Source of the DNA: Eledone cirrhosa
Taxonomy: Eukaryota
Direction: 5' to 3'
Assembly: GCA_964016885.1 (NCBI GenBank)
Contig: OZ024742.1
Location: 349,494,001-349,558,000, forward strand
Length of the DNA: 64,000 bases
This document shows, piece by piece, positions 49,516 through 63,050 of the stretch. Under the pieces are notes generated by a model. It was given only the letters and a program-made list of their open reading frames with translations. It was not told the DNA's origin and made no database searches. The number at the start of each line of letters is the position of its first letter. Positions within the stretch are counted from its first letter, which is position 1. A program made the translations under genes and the position numbers.

Positions 49516-52500
49516 CCAGACCTTAGTTACCTTTAGTGTAGTTGATTCTGTTGCAAGTATTTAGCCCACCAATTACTAGACCTTTAGTTACTATAGTGGA
49601 GTTGATTCTGCTGCAAGTATTTAGCTCACCAATTACCAGACCTTTAGTTACCTTTAGTGTAGTTGATTCTGCTGCAAGTATTTAGCCAACCAATTACCAG
49701 ACCTTTAGTTACCTTTAATGTAGTTTATTCTGCTGCAAGTATTTAGCCCACCAATTACCAGACCTTTAGTTACCTTTAGTGTAGTTGATTCTGTTGCAAG
49801 TATTTAGCCCACCAATTACTAGACCTTTAGTTACCTTTAATGTAGTTGATTCTGCTGCAAGTATTTAGCTCACCAATTACCAGACCTTTAGTTACCTTTA
49901 ATGTAGTTGATTCTGCTGCAAGTATTTAGCCCACCAATTACCAGACCTTTAGTTACCTTTAATGTAGTTGATTCTGCTGCAAGTATTTAGCTCACCAATT
50001 ACCAGACCTTTAGTTACCTTTAGTGTAGTTGATTCTGTTGCAAGTATTTAGCCCACCAATTACCAGACCTTTAGTTACCTTTAGTGTAGTTGATTCTGTT
50101 GCAAGTATTTAGCCCACCAATTACTAGACCTTTAGTTACCTTTAATGTAGTTGATTCTGCTGCAAGTATTTAGCTCACCAATTACCAGACCTTTAGTTAC
50201 CTTTAATGTAGTTGATTCTGCTGCAAGTATTTAGCTCACCAATTACCAGACCTTTAGTTACCTTTAATGTAGTTGATTCTGCTGCAAGTATTTAGCCCAC
50301 CAATTACCAGACCTTTAGTTACCTTTAATGTAGTTGATTCTGCTGCAAGTATTTAGCTCACCAATTACCAGACCTTTAGTTACCTTTAATGTAGTTGATT
50401 CTGCTGCAAGTATTTAGCCCACCAATTACCAGACCTTTAGTTACCTTTAATGAAGTTGATTCTGCTGCAAGTATTTAGCCCACCATTTACCAGACCTTTA
50501 GTTACCTTTAGTGTAGTTGATTCTGTTGCAAGTATTTAGCTAACCAATTACCAGACTTTTAGTTACCTTCAGTGTAGTTGATTCTGCTGCAAGTATTTAG
50601 CTCACCAATTACCAGACCTTTAGTTACCTTTAGTGTAGTTGATTCTGCTGCAAGCATTTAGCCCACCATTTACTATACCTTTAGTTACCTTTAGTGGAGT
50701 TGATTCTGCTGCAAGTATTTAGCCCACCAATTACCAGACCTTTAGTTACCTTTAATGTAGTTGATTCTGCTGCAAGTATTTAGCCCACCAATTACCAGAC
50801 CTTTAGTTACCTTTAATGTAGTTTATTCTGCTGCAAGTATTTAGCCCACCAATTACCAGACCTTTAGTTACCTTTAGTGTAGTTGATTCTGCTGCAAGTA
50901 TTTAGCCCACCAATTACCAGACCTTTAGTTACCTTTAATGTAGTTGATTCTGCTGCAAGTATTTAGCCCACCAATTACCAGACCTTTAGTTACCTTTAAT
51001 GTAGTTGATTCTGCTGCAAGTATTTAGCCCACCAATTACCAGACCTTTAGTTACCTTTAGTGTAGTTGATTCTGCTGCAAGTATTTAGCCCACCAATTAC
51101 CAGACCTTTAGTTACCTTTAATGTAGTTGATTCTGCTGCAAGTATTTAGCTCACCAATTACCAGACCTTTAGTTACCTTTAATGTAATTGATTCTGCTGC
51201 AAGTATTTAGCTCACCAATTACCAGACCTTTAGTTACCTTTAATGTAGTTGATTCTGCTGCAAGTATTTAGCCCACCAATTACCAGACCTTTAGTTACCT
51301 TTAATGTAGTTGATTCTGCTGCAAGTATTTAGCTCACCAATTACCAGACCTTTAGTTACCTTTAATGTAGTTGATTCTGCTGCAAGTATTTAGCCCACCA
51401 ATTACCAGACCTTTAGTTACCTTTAATGTAGTTGATTCTGCTGCAAGTATTTAGCCCACCAATTACCAGACCTTTAGTTACCTTTAATGTAGTTGATTCT
51501 GCTGCAAGTATTTAGCTCACCAATTACCAGACCTTTAGTTACCTTTAATGTAGTTGATTCTGCTGCAAGTATTTAGCCCACCAATTACCAGACCTTTAGT
51601 TACCTTTAATGTAGTTGATTCTGCTGCAAGTATTTAGCCCACCAATTACCAGACCTTTAGTTACCTTTAATGTAGTTGATTCTGCTGCAAGTATTTAGCC
51701 CACCAATTACCAGACCTTTAGTTACCTTTAGTGGAGTTGATTCTGCTGCAAGTATTTAGCCCACCAATTACTAGACCTTTAGTTACCTTTAGTGCAGTTG
51801 ATTCTGCTGCAAGTATTTAGCCCACCAATTACTAGACCTTTAGTTACCTTTAGTGTAGTTGATTCTGCTGCAAGTATTTAGCCCACCAATTACTAGACCT
51901 TTAGTTACCTTTAGTGTAGTTGATTCTGCTGCAAGTATTTAGCCCACCAATTACTAGACCTTTAGTTACCTTTAGTGTAGTTGATTCTGCTGCAAGTATT
52001 TAGCCCACCAATTACTAGACCTTTAGTTACCTTTAGTGTAGTTGATTCTGCTGCAAGTATTTAGCTCACCAATTACTAGACCTTTAGTTACCTTTAGTGT
52101 AGTTGATTCTGTTGCAAGTATTTAGCTCACCAATTACTAGACCTTTAGTTACCTTTAGTGTAGTTGATTCTGCTTCAAGTATTTAGCTCACCAATTACCA
52201 GACCTTTAGTTACCTTTAGTGTAGTTGATTCTGTTGCAAGTATTAGCTCACCAATTACTAGACCTTTAGTTACCTTTAGTGGAGTTGATTCTGCTGCAAG
52301 TATTTAGCCCACCATTTACCAGACCTTTAGTTACCTTTAGTGTAGTTGATTCTGCTGCAAGTATTTAGCCCACCATTTACCAGACCTTTAGTTACCTTTA
52401 GTGTAGTTGATTCTGCTGCAAGTATTTAGCTCACCAATTACTAGACCTTTAGTTATCTTTAGTGTAGTTGATTCTGCTGCAAATATTTAGCTCACCAATT

Positions 52501-52919
52501 ACTAGACCTTTAGTTACCTTTAGTGGAGTTGATTCTGTTGCAAGTATTTAGCCCACCAATTACTAGACCTTTAGTTACCTCTAGTGTAGTTGATTCTGTT
52601 TCAAGTATTTAGCCTACCAATTACTAGACCTTTAGTTACCTTTAGTGTAGTTGATTCTGCTGCAAGTATTTAGCTCACCATTTACTATACCTTTAGTTAC
52701 CTTTAATGTAGTTGATTCTGTTGCAAGTATTTAGCCCACCAATTACCAGACCTTTAGTTACCTTCAGTGTAGTTGATTCTGCTGCAAGTATTTAGCCAAC
52801 CAATTACTATACCTTTAGTTACCTTTAGTGTAGTTGAATCTGCTGCAAGTATTTAGCCCACCAATTACTAGACCTTTAGTTACCTTTAGTGTAGTTGATT
52901 CTGCTGCAAGTATTTAGCC

Positions 52920-55900
52920 CACCATTTACCAGACCTTTAGTTACCTTTAGTGTAGTTGATTCTGCTGCAAGTATTTAGCCCACCAATTACTAGACCTTTA
53001 GTTACCTTTAGTGGAGTTGATTCTGCTGCAAGTATTTAGCCCACCATTTACCAGACCTTTAGTTACCTTTAGTGTAGTTGATTCTGCTGCAAGTATTTAG
53101 CCCACCATTTACCAGACCTTTAGTTAACTTTAGTGGAGTTGATTCTGTTGCAAGTATTTAGCCCACCAATTACTAGACCTTTAGTTACCTCTAGTGTAGT
53201 TGATTCTGCTGCAAGTATTTAGCCCACCAATTACTAGACCTTTAGTTACCTCTAGTGTAGTTGATTCTGCTGCAAGTATTTAGCCCACCAATTACCAGAC
53301 CTTTAGTTACCTTTAGTGTAGTTGATTCTGCTGCAAGTATTTAGCTCACCAATTACTAGACCTTTAGTTACCTTTAATGTAGTTGATTCTGCTGCAAGTA
53401 TTTAGCTCACCAATTACCAGACCTTTAGTTACCTTTAGTGTAGTTGATTCTGCTGCAAGTATTTAGCCCACCAATTACCAGACCTTTAGTTACCTTTAGT
53501 GTAGTTGATTCTGTTGCAAGTATTTAGCCCACCAATTACTAGACCTTTAGTTACCTTTAATGTAGTTGATTCTGCTGCAAGTATTTAGCTCACCAATTAC
53601 CAGACCTTTAGTTACCTTTAGTGTAGTTGATTCTGTTGCAAGTATTTAGCCCACCAATTACTAGACCTTTAGTTACCTTTAATGTAGTTGATTCTGCTGC
53701 AAGTATTTAGCTCACCAATTACCAGACCTTTAGTTACCTTTAATGTAGTTGATTCTGCTGCAAGTATTTAGCCCACCAATTACCAGACCTTTAGTTACCT
53801 TTAATGTAGTTGATTCTGCTGCAAGTATTTAGCTCACCAATTACCAGACCTTTAGTTACCTTTAGTGTAGTTGATTCTGTTGCAAGTATTTAGCCCACCA
53901 ATTACCAGACCTTTAGTTACCTTTAGTGTAGTTGATTCTGTTGCAAGTATTTAGCCCACCAATTACTAGACCTTTAGTTACCTTTAATGTAGTTGATTCT
54001 GCTGCAAGTATTTAGCTCACCAATTACCAGACCTTTAGTTACCTTTAATGTAGTTGATTCTGCTGCAAGTATTTAGCTCACCAATTACCAGACCTTTAGT
54101 TACCTTTAATGTAGTTGATTCTGCTGCAAGTATTTAGCCCACCAATTACCAGACCTTTAGTTACCTTTAATGTAGTTGATTCTGCTGCAAGTATTTAGCT
54201 CACCAATTACCAGACCTTTAGTTACCTTTAATGTAGTTGATTCTGCTGCAAGTATTTAGCCCACCAATTACCAGACCTTTAGTTACCTTTAATATAGTTG
54301 ATTCTGCTGCAAGTATTTAGCCCACCATTTACCAGACCTTTAGTTAACTTTAGTGGAGTTGATTCTGTTGCAAGTATTTAGCTAACCAATTACCAGACTT
54401 TTAGTTACCTTCAGTGTAGTTGATTCTGCTGCCAGTATTTAGCTCACCAATTACCAGACCTTTAGTTACCTTTAGTGTAGTTGATTCTGCTGCAAGTATT
54501 TAGCCCACCATTTACTATACCTTTAGTTACCTTTAGTGGAGTTGATTCTGCTGCAAGTATTTAGCCCACCAATTACTACACCTTTAGTTACCGTTAGTGG
54601 AGTTGATTCTGCTGCAAGTATTTAGCCTACCAATTACCAGACCTTTAGTTACCTTTAATGTAGTTGATTCTGCTGCAAGTATTTAGCCCACCAATTACCA
54701 GACCTTTAGTTACCTTTAATGTAGTTTATTCTGCTGCAAGTATTTAGCCCACCAATTACCAGACCTTTAGTTACCTTTAGTGTAGTTGATTCTGCTGCAA
54801 GTATTTAGCCCACCAATTACCAGACCTTTAGTTACCTTTAATGTAGTTGATTCTGCTGCAAGTATTTAGCCCACCAATTACCAGACCTTTAGTTACCTTT
54901 AATGTAGTTGATTCTGCTGCAAGTATTTAGCCCACCATTTACCAGACCTTTAGTTACCTTTAGTGTAGTTGATTCTGCTGCAAGTATTTAGCCCACCAAT
55001 TACTAGACCTTTAGTTACCTTTAGTGGAGTTGATTCTGCTGCAAGTATTTAGCCCACCATTTACCAGACCTTTAGTTACCTTTAGTGTAGTTGATTCTGC
55101 TGCAAGTATTTAGCCCACCATTTACCAGACCTTTAGTTAACTTTAGTGGAGTTGATTCTGTTGCAAGTATTTAGCCCACCAATTACTAGACCTTTAGTTA
55201 CCTCTAGTGTAGTTGATTCTGCTGCAAGTATTTAGCCCACCAATTACTAGACCTTTAGTTACCTCTAGTGTAGTTGATTCTGCTGCAAGTATTTAGCCCA
55301 CCAATTACCAGACCTTTAGTTACCTTTAGTGCAGTTGATTCTGTTGCAAGTATTTAGTCACCAATTACTAGACCTTTAGTTACCTTTAGTGTAGTTGATT
55401 CTGCTGCAAGTATTTAGCCCACCAATTACTAGACCTTTAGTTACCTTTAATGTAGTTGATTCTGCTGCAAGTATTTAGCTCACCAATTACCAGACCTTTA
55501 GTTACCTTTAGTGTAGTTGATTCTGCTGCAAGTATTTAGCCCACCAATTACCAGACCTTTAGTTACCTTTAGTGTAGTTGATTCTGCTGCAATTATTTAG
55601 CTCACCAATTACTAGACCTTTAGTTACCTTTAATGTAGTTGATTCTGCTGCAAGTATTTAGCTCACCAATTACCAGACCTTTAGTTACCTTTAGTGTAGT
55701 TGATTCTGCTGCAAGTATTTAGCCCACCAATTACCAGACCTTTAGTTACCTTTAGTGTAGTTGATTCTGTTGCAAGTATTTAGCCCACCAATTACTAGAC
55801 CTTTAGTTACCTTTAATGTAGTTGATTCTGCTGCAAGTATTTAGCTCACCAATTACCAGACCTTTAGTTACCTTTAGTGTAGTTGATTCTGTTGCAAGTA

Positions 55901-57190
55901 TTTAGCCCACCAATTACTAGACCTTTAGTTACCTTTAATGTAGTTGATTCTGCTGCAAGTATTTAGCTCACCAATTACCAGACCTTTAGTTACCTTTAAT
56001 GTAGTTGATTCTGCTGCAAGTATTTAGCCCACCAATTACCAGACCTTTAGTTACCTTTAATGTAGTTGATTCTGCTGCAAGTATTTAGCTCACCAATTAC
56101 CAGACCTTTAGTTACCTTTAGTGTAGTTGATTCTGTTGCAAGTATTTAGCCCACCAATTACCAGACCTTTAGTTACCTTTAGTGTAGTTGATTCTGTTGC
56201 AAGTATTTAGCCCACCAATTACTAGACCTTTAGTTACCTTTAATGTAGTTGATTCTGCTGCAAGTATTTAGCTCACCAATTACCAGACCTTTAGTTACCT
56301 TTAATGTAGTTGATTCTGCTGCAAGTATTTAGCTCACCAATTACCAGACCTTTAGTTACCTTTAATGTAGTTGATTCTGCTGCAAGTATTTAGCCCACCA
56401 ATTACCAGACCTTTAGTTACCTTTAATGTAGTTGATTCTGCTGCAAGTATTTAGCTCACCAATTACCAGACCTTTAGTTACCTTTAATGTAGTTGATTCT
56501 GCTGCAAGTATTTAGCCCACCAATTACCAGACCTTTAGTTACCTTTAATATAGTTGATTCTGCTGCAAGTATTTAGCCCACCATTTACCAGACCTTTAGT
56601 TAACTTTAGTGGAGTTGATTCTGTTGCAAGTATTTAGCGAACCAATTACCAGACTTTTAGTTACCTTCAGTGTAGTTGATTCTGCTGCAAGTATTTAGCT
56701 CACCAATTACCAGACCTTTAGTTACCTTTAGTGTAGTTGATTCTGCTGCAAGTATTTAGCCCACCATTTACTATACCTTTAGTTACCTTTAGTGGAGTTG
56801 ATTCTGCTGCAAGTATTTAGCCCACCAATTACTACACCTTTAGTTACCGTTAGTGGAGTTGATTCTGCTGCAAGTATTTAGCCCACCAATTACCAGACCT
56901 TTAGTTACCTTTAATGTAGTTGATTCTGCTGCAAGTATTTAGCCCACCAATTACCAGACCTTTAGTTACCTTTAATGTAGTTTATTCTGCTGCAAGTATT
57001 TAGCCCACCAATTACCAGACCTTTAGTTACCTTTAGTGTAGTTGATTCTGCTGCAAGTATTTAGCCCACCAATTACCAGACCTTTAGTTACCTTTAATGT
57101 AGTTGATTCTGCTGCAAGTATTTAGCCCACCAATTACCAGACCTTTAGTTACCTTTAATGTAGTTGATTCTGCTGCAAGTATTTAGCTCA
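52920..57190. repeat. Tandem duplication of a 33-monomer unit; the second copy carries 4 extra monomers
   Basis: CCTCTAG pair at 53191/55204 (2013 = 33x61). Downstream, TAATATAG 54294/56550 and TACTACACC..ACCGTTAG ~54579/56835 are at 2256 = 37x61-1. Confidence 0.85.
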
Positions 57191-58049
57191 CCAATTACCA
57201 GACCTTTAGTTACCTTTAATGTAGTTGATTCTGCTGCAAGTATTTAGCTCACCAATTACCAGACCTTTAGTTACCTTTAATGTAGTTGATTCTGCTGCAA
57301 GTATTTAGCCCACCAATTACCAGACCTTTAGTTACCTTTAATGTAGTTGATTCTGCTGCAAGTATTTAGCTCACCAATTACCAGACCTTTAGTTACCTTT
57401 AATGTAGTTGATTCTGCTGCAAGTATTTAGCTCACCAATTACCAGACCTTTAGTTACCTTTAATGTAGTTGATTCTGCTGCAAGTATTTAGCTTACCAAT
57501 TACCAGACCTTTAGTTACCTTTAATGTAGTTGATTCTGCTGCAAGTATTTAGCCCACCAATTACCAGACCTTTAGTTACCTTTAATGTAGTTGATTCTGC
57601 TGCAAGTATTTAGCTCACCAATTACCAGACCTTTAGTTACCTTTAATGTAGTTGATTCTGCTGCAAGTATTTAGCTCACCAATTACCAGACCTTTAGTTA
57701 CCTTTAATGTAGTTGATTCTGCTGCAAGTATTTAGCCCACCAATTACCAGACCTTTAGTTACCTTTAATGTAGTTGATTCTGCTGCAAGTATTTAGCCCA
57801 CCAATTACCAGACCTTTAGTTACCTTTAATGTAGTTGATTCTGCTGCAAGTATTTAGCTCACCAATTACCAGACCTTTAGTTACCTTTAATGTAGTTGAT
57901 TCTGCTGCAAGTATTTAGCCCACCAATTACCAGACCTTTAGTTACCTTTAATGTAGTTGATTCTGCTGCAAGTATTTAGCCCACCAATTACCAGACCTTT
58001 AGTTACCTTTAATGTAGTTGATTCTGCTGCAAGTATTTAGCCCACCAAT

Positions 58050-61000
58050 TACCAGACCTTTAGTTACCTTTAGTGGAGTTGATTCTGCTGCAAGTATTTA
58101 GCCCACCAATTACTAGACCTTTAGTTACCTTTAGTGCAGTTGATTCTGCTGCAAGTATTTAGCCCACCAATTACTAGACCTTTAGTTACCTTTAGTGTAG
58201 TTGATTCTGCTGCAAGTATTTAGCCCACCAATTACTAGACCTTTAGTTACCTTTAGTGTAGTTGATTCTGCTGCAAGTATTTAGCCCACCAATTACTAGA
58301 CCTTTAGTTACCTTTAGTGTAGTTGATTCTGCTGCAAGTATTTAGCCCACCAATTACTAGACCTTTAGTTACCTTTAGTGTAGTTGATTCTGCTGCAAGT
58401 ATTTAGCTCACCAATTACTAGACCTTTAGTTACCTTTAGTGTAGTTGATTCTGTTGCAAGTATTTAGCTCACCAATTACTAGACCTTTAGTTACCTTTAG
58501 TGTAGTTGATTCTGCTTCAAGTATTTAGCTCACCAATTACCAGACCTTTAGTTACCTTTAGTGTAGTTGAGTCTGTTGCAAGTATTTAGCTCACCAATTA
58601 CTAGACCTTTAGTTACCTTTAGTGGAGTTGATTCTGCTGCAAGTATTTAGCCCACCATTTACCAGACCTTTAGTTACCTTTAGTGTAGTTGATTCTGCTG
58701 CAAGTATTTAGCCCACCATTTACCAGACCTTTAGTTACCTTTAGTGTAGTTGATTCTGCTGCAAGTATTTAGCTCACCAATTACTAGACCTTTAGTTATC
58801 TTTAGTGTAGTTGATTCTGCTGCAAATATTTAGCTCACCAATTACTAGACCTTTAGTTACCTTTAGTGGAGTTGATTCTGCTGCAAGTATTTAGCCCACC
58901 AATTACCAGACCTTTAGTTACCTTTAATGTAGTTGATTCTGCTGCAAGTATTTAGCTCACCAATTACCAGACCTTTAGTTACCTTTAGTGTAGTTGATTC
59001 TGTTGCAAGTATTTAGCCCACCAATTACCAGACCTTTAGTTACCTTTAGTGTAGTTGATTCTGTTGCAAGTATTTAGCCCACCAATTACTAGACCTTTAG
59101 TTACCTTTAATGTAGTTGATTCGGCTGCAAGTATTTAGCTCACCAATTACCAGACCTTTAGTTACCTTTAATGTAGTTGATTCTGCTGCAAGTATTTAGC
59201 TCACCAATTACCAGACCTTTAGTTACCTTTAATGTAGTTGATTCTGCTGCAAGTATTTAGCCCACCAATTACCAGACCTTTAGTTACCTTTAATGTAGTT
59301 GATTCTGCTGCAAGTATTTAGCTCACCAATTACCAGACCTTTAGTTACCTTTAATGTAGTTGATTCTGCTGCAAGTATTTAGCCCACCAATTACCAGACC
59401 TTTAGTTACCTTTAATATAGTTGATTCTGCTGCAAGTATTTAGCCCACCATTTACCAGACCTTTAGTTAACTTTAGTGGAGTTGATTCTGTTGCAAGTAT
59501 TTAGCTAACCAATTACCAGACTTTTAGTTACCTTCAGTGTAGTTGATTCTGCTGCAAGTATTTAGCTCACCAATTACCAGACCTTTAGTTACCTTTAGTG
59601 TAGTTGATTCTGCTGCAAGTATTTAGCCCACCAATTACCAGACCTTTAGTTACCTTTAGTGGAGTTGATTCTGCTGCAAGTATTTAGCCCACCAATTACT
59701 AGACCTTGAGTTACCTTTAGTGCAGTTGATTCTGCTGCAAGTATTTAGCCCACCAATTACTAGACCTTTAGTTACCTTTAGTGTAGTTGATTCTGCTGCA
59801 AGTATTTAGCCCACCAATTACTAGACCTTTAGTTACCTTTAGTGTAGTTGATTCTGCTGCAAGTATTTAGCCCACCAATTACTAGACCTTTAGTTACCTT
59901 TAGTGTAGTTGATTCTGCTGCAAGTATTTAGCCCACCAATTACTAGACCTTTAGTTACCTTTAGTGTAGTTGATTCTGCTGCAAGTATTTAGCTCACCAA
60001 TTACTAGACCTTTAGTTACCTTTAGTGTAGTTGATTCTGTTGCAAGTATTTAGCTCACCAATTACTAGACCTTTAGTTACCTTTAGTGTAGTTGATTCTG
60101 CTTCAAGTATTTAGCTCACCAATTACCAGACCTTTAGTTACCTTTAGTGTAGTTGAGTCTGTTGCAAGTATTTAGCTCACCAATTACCAGACCTTTAGTT
60201 ACCTTTAGTGTAGTTGATTCTGCTGCAAGTATTTAGCTCACCAATTACTAGACCTTTAGTTATCTTTAGTGTAGTTGATTCTGCTGCAAATATTTAGCTC
60301 ACCAATTACTAGACCTTTAGTTACCTTTAGTGGAGTTGATTCTGCTGCAAGTATTTAGCCCACCAATTACCAGACCTTTAGTTACCTTTAATGTAGTTGA
60401 TTCTGCTGCAAGTATTTAGCTCACCAATTACCAGACCTTTAGTTACCTTTAGTGTAGTTGATTCTGCTTCAAGTATTTAGCTCACCAATTACCAGACCTT
60501 TAGTTACCTTTAGTGTAGTTGAGTCTGTTGCAAGTATTTAGCTCACCAATTACTAGACCTTTAGTTACCTTTAGTGGAGTTGATTCTGCTGCAAGTATTT
60601 AGCCCACCATTTACCAGACCTTTAGTTACCTTTAGTGTAGTTGATTCTGCTGCAAGTATTTAGCCCACCATTTACCAGACCTTTAGTTACCTTTAGTGTA
60701 GTTGATTCTGCTGCAAGTATTTAGCCCACCATTTACCAGACCTTTAGTTACCTTTAGTGTAGTTGATTCTGCTGCAAGTATTTAGCTCACCAATTACCAG
60801 ACCTTTAGTTACCTTTAGTGTAGTTGATTCTGTTGCAAGTATTTAGCCCACCAATTACCAGACCTTTAGTTACCTTTAGTGTAGTTGATTCTGTTGCAAG
60901 TATTTAGCCCACCAATTACTAGACCTTTAGTTACCTTTAATGTAGTTGATTCGGCTGCAAGTATTTAGCTCACCAATTACCAGACCTTTAGTTACCTTTA

Positions 61001-63050
61001 ATGTAGTTGATTCTGCTGCAAGTATTTAGCTCACCAATTACCAGACCTTTAGTTACCTTTAATGTAGTTGATTCTGCTGCAAGTATTTAGCCCACCAATT
61101 ACCAGACCTTTAGTTACCTTTAATGTAGTTGATTCTGCTGCAAGTATTTAGCTCACCAATTACCAGACCTTTAGTTACCTTTAATGTAGTTGATTCTGCT
61201 GCAAGTATTTAGCCCACCAATTACCAGACCTTTAGTTACCTTTAATATAGTTGATTCTGCTGCAAGTATTTAGCCCACCATTTACCAGACCTTTAGTTAA
61301 CTTTAGTGGAGTTGATTCTGTTGCAAGTATTTAGCTAACCAATTACCAGACTTTTAGTTACCTTCAGTGTAGTTGATTCTGCTGCAAGTATTTAGCTCAC
61401 CAATTACCAGACCTTTAGTTACCTTTAGTGTAGTTGATTCTGCTGCAAGTATTTAGCCCACCAATTACCAGACCTTTAGTTACCTTTAGTGGAGTTGATT
61501 CTGCTGCAAGTATTTAGCCCACCAATTACTAGACCTTTAGTTACCTTTAGTGCAGTTGATTCTGCTGCAAGTATTTAGCCCACCAATTACTAGACCTTTA
61601 GTTACCTTTAGTGTAGTTGATTCTGCTGCAAGTATTTAGCCCACCAATTACTAGACCTTTAGTTACCTTTAGTGTAGTTGATTCTGCTGCAAGTATTTAG
61701 CCCACCAATTACTAGACCTTTAGTTACCTTTAGTGTAGTTGATTCTGCTGCAAGTATTTAGCCCACCAATTACTAGACCTTTAGTTACCTTTAGTGTAGT
61801 TGATTCTGCTGCAAGTATTTAGCTCACCAATTACTAGACCTTTAGTTACCTTTAGTGTAGTTGATTCTGTTGCAAGTATTTAGCTCACCAATTACTAGAC
61901 CTTTAGTTACCTTTAGTGTAGTTGATTCTGCTTCAAGTATTTAGCTCACCAATTACCAGACCTTTAGTTACCTTTAGTGTAGTTGAGTCTGTTGCAAGTA
62001 TTTAGCTCACCAATTACTAGACCTTTAGTTACCTTTAGTGGAGTTGATTCTGCTGCAAGTATTTAGCCCACCATTTACCAGACCTTTAGTTACCTTTAGT
62101 GTAGTTGATTCTGCTGCAAGTATTTAGCCCACCATTTACCAGACCTTTAGTTACCTTTAGTGTAGTTGATTCTGCTGCAAGTATTTAGCTCACCAATTAC
62201 TAGACCTTTAGTTATCTTTAGTGTAGTTGATTCTGCTGCAAATATTTAGCTCACCAATTACTAGACCTTTAGTTACCTTTAGTGGAGTTGATTCTGCTGC
62301 AAGTATTTAGCCCACCAATTACCAGACCTTTAGTTACCTTTAATGTAGTTGATTCTGCTGCAAGTATTTAGCTCACCAATTACCAGACCTTTAGTTACCT
62401 TTAGTGTAGTTGATTCTGTTGCAAGTATTTAGCCCACCAATTACCAGACCTTTAGTTACCTTTAGTGTAGTTGATTCTGTTGCAAGTATTTAGCCCACCA
62501 ATTACTAGACCTTTAGTTACCTTTAATGTAGTTGATTCGGCTGCAAGTATTTAGCTCACCAATTACCAGACCTTTAGTTACCTTTAATGTAGTTGATTCT
62601 GCTGCAAGTATTTAGCTCACCAATTACCAGACCTTTAGTTACCTTTAATGTAGTTGATTCTGCTGCAAGTATTTAGCCCACCAATTACCAGAACTTTAGT
62701 AACCTTTAATGTAGTTGATTCTGCTGCAAGTATTTAGCTCACCAATTACCAGACCTTTAGTTACCTTTAATGTAGTTGATTCTGCTGCAAGTATTTAGCC
62801 CACCAATTACCAGACCTTTAGTTACCTTTAATATAGTTGATTCTGCTGCAAGTATTTAGCCCACCATTTACCAGACCTTTAGTTAACTTTAGTGGAGTTG
62901 ATTCTGTTGCAAGTATTTAGCTAACCAATTACCAGACTTTTAGTTACCTTCAGTGTAGTTGATTCTGCTGCAAGTATTTAGCTCACCAATTACCAGACCT
63001 TTAGTTACCTTTAGTGTAGTTGATTCTGCTGCAAGTATTTAGCCCACCAT
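58050..63050. repeat. Three tandem copies of a 26-monomer higher-order unit (middle copy 30 monomers)
   Basis: GTGCAG at 58137/59723/61553 (offsets 1586 = 26x61 and 1830 = 30x61), TAATATAG at 59417/61247/62833, TCGGCTG at ~59123/60953/62539. GAGTCTG and GTTATCTT also recur. Confidence 0.88.
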
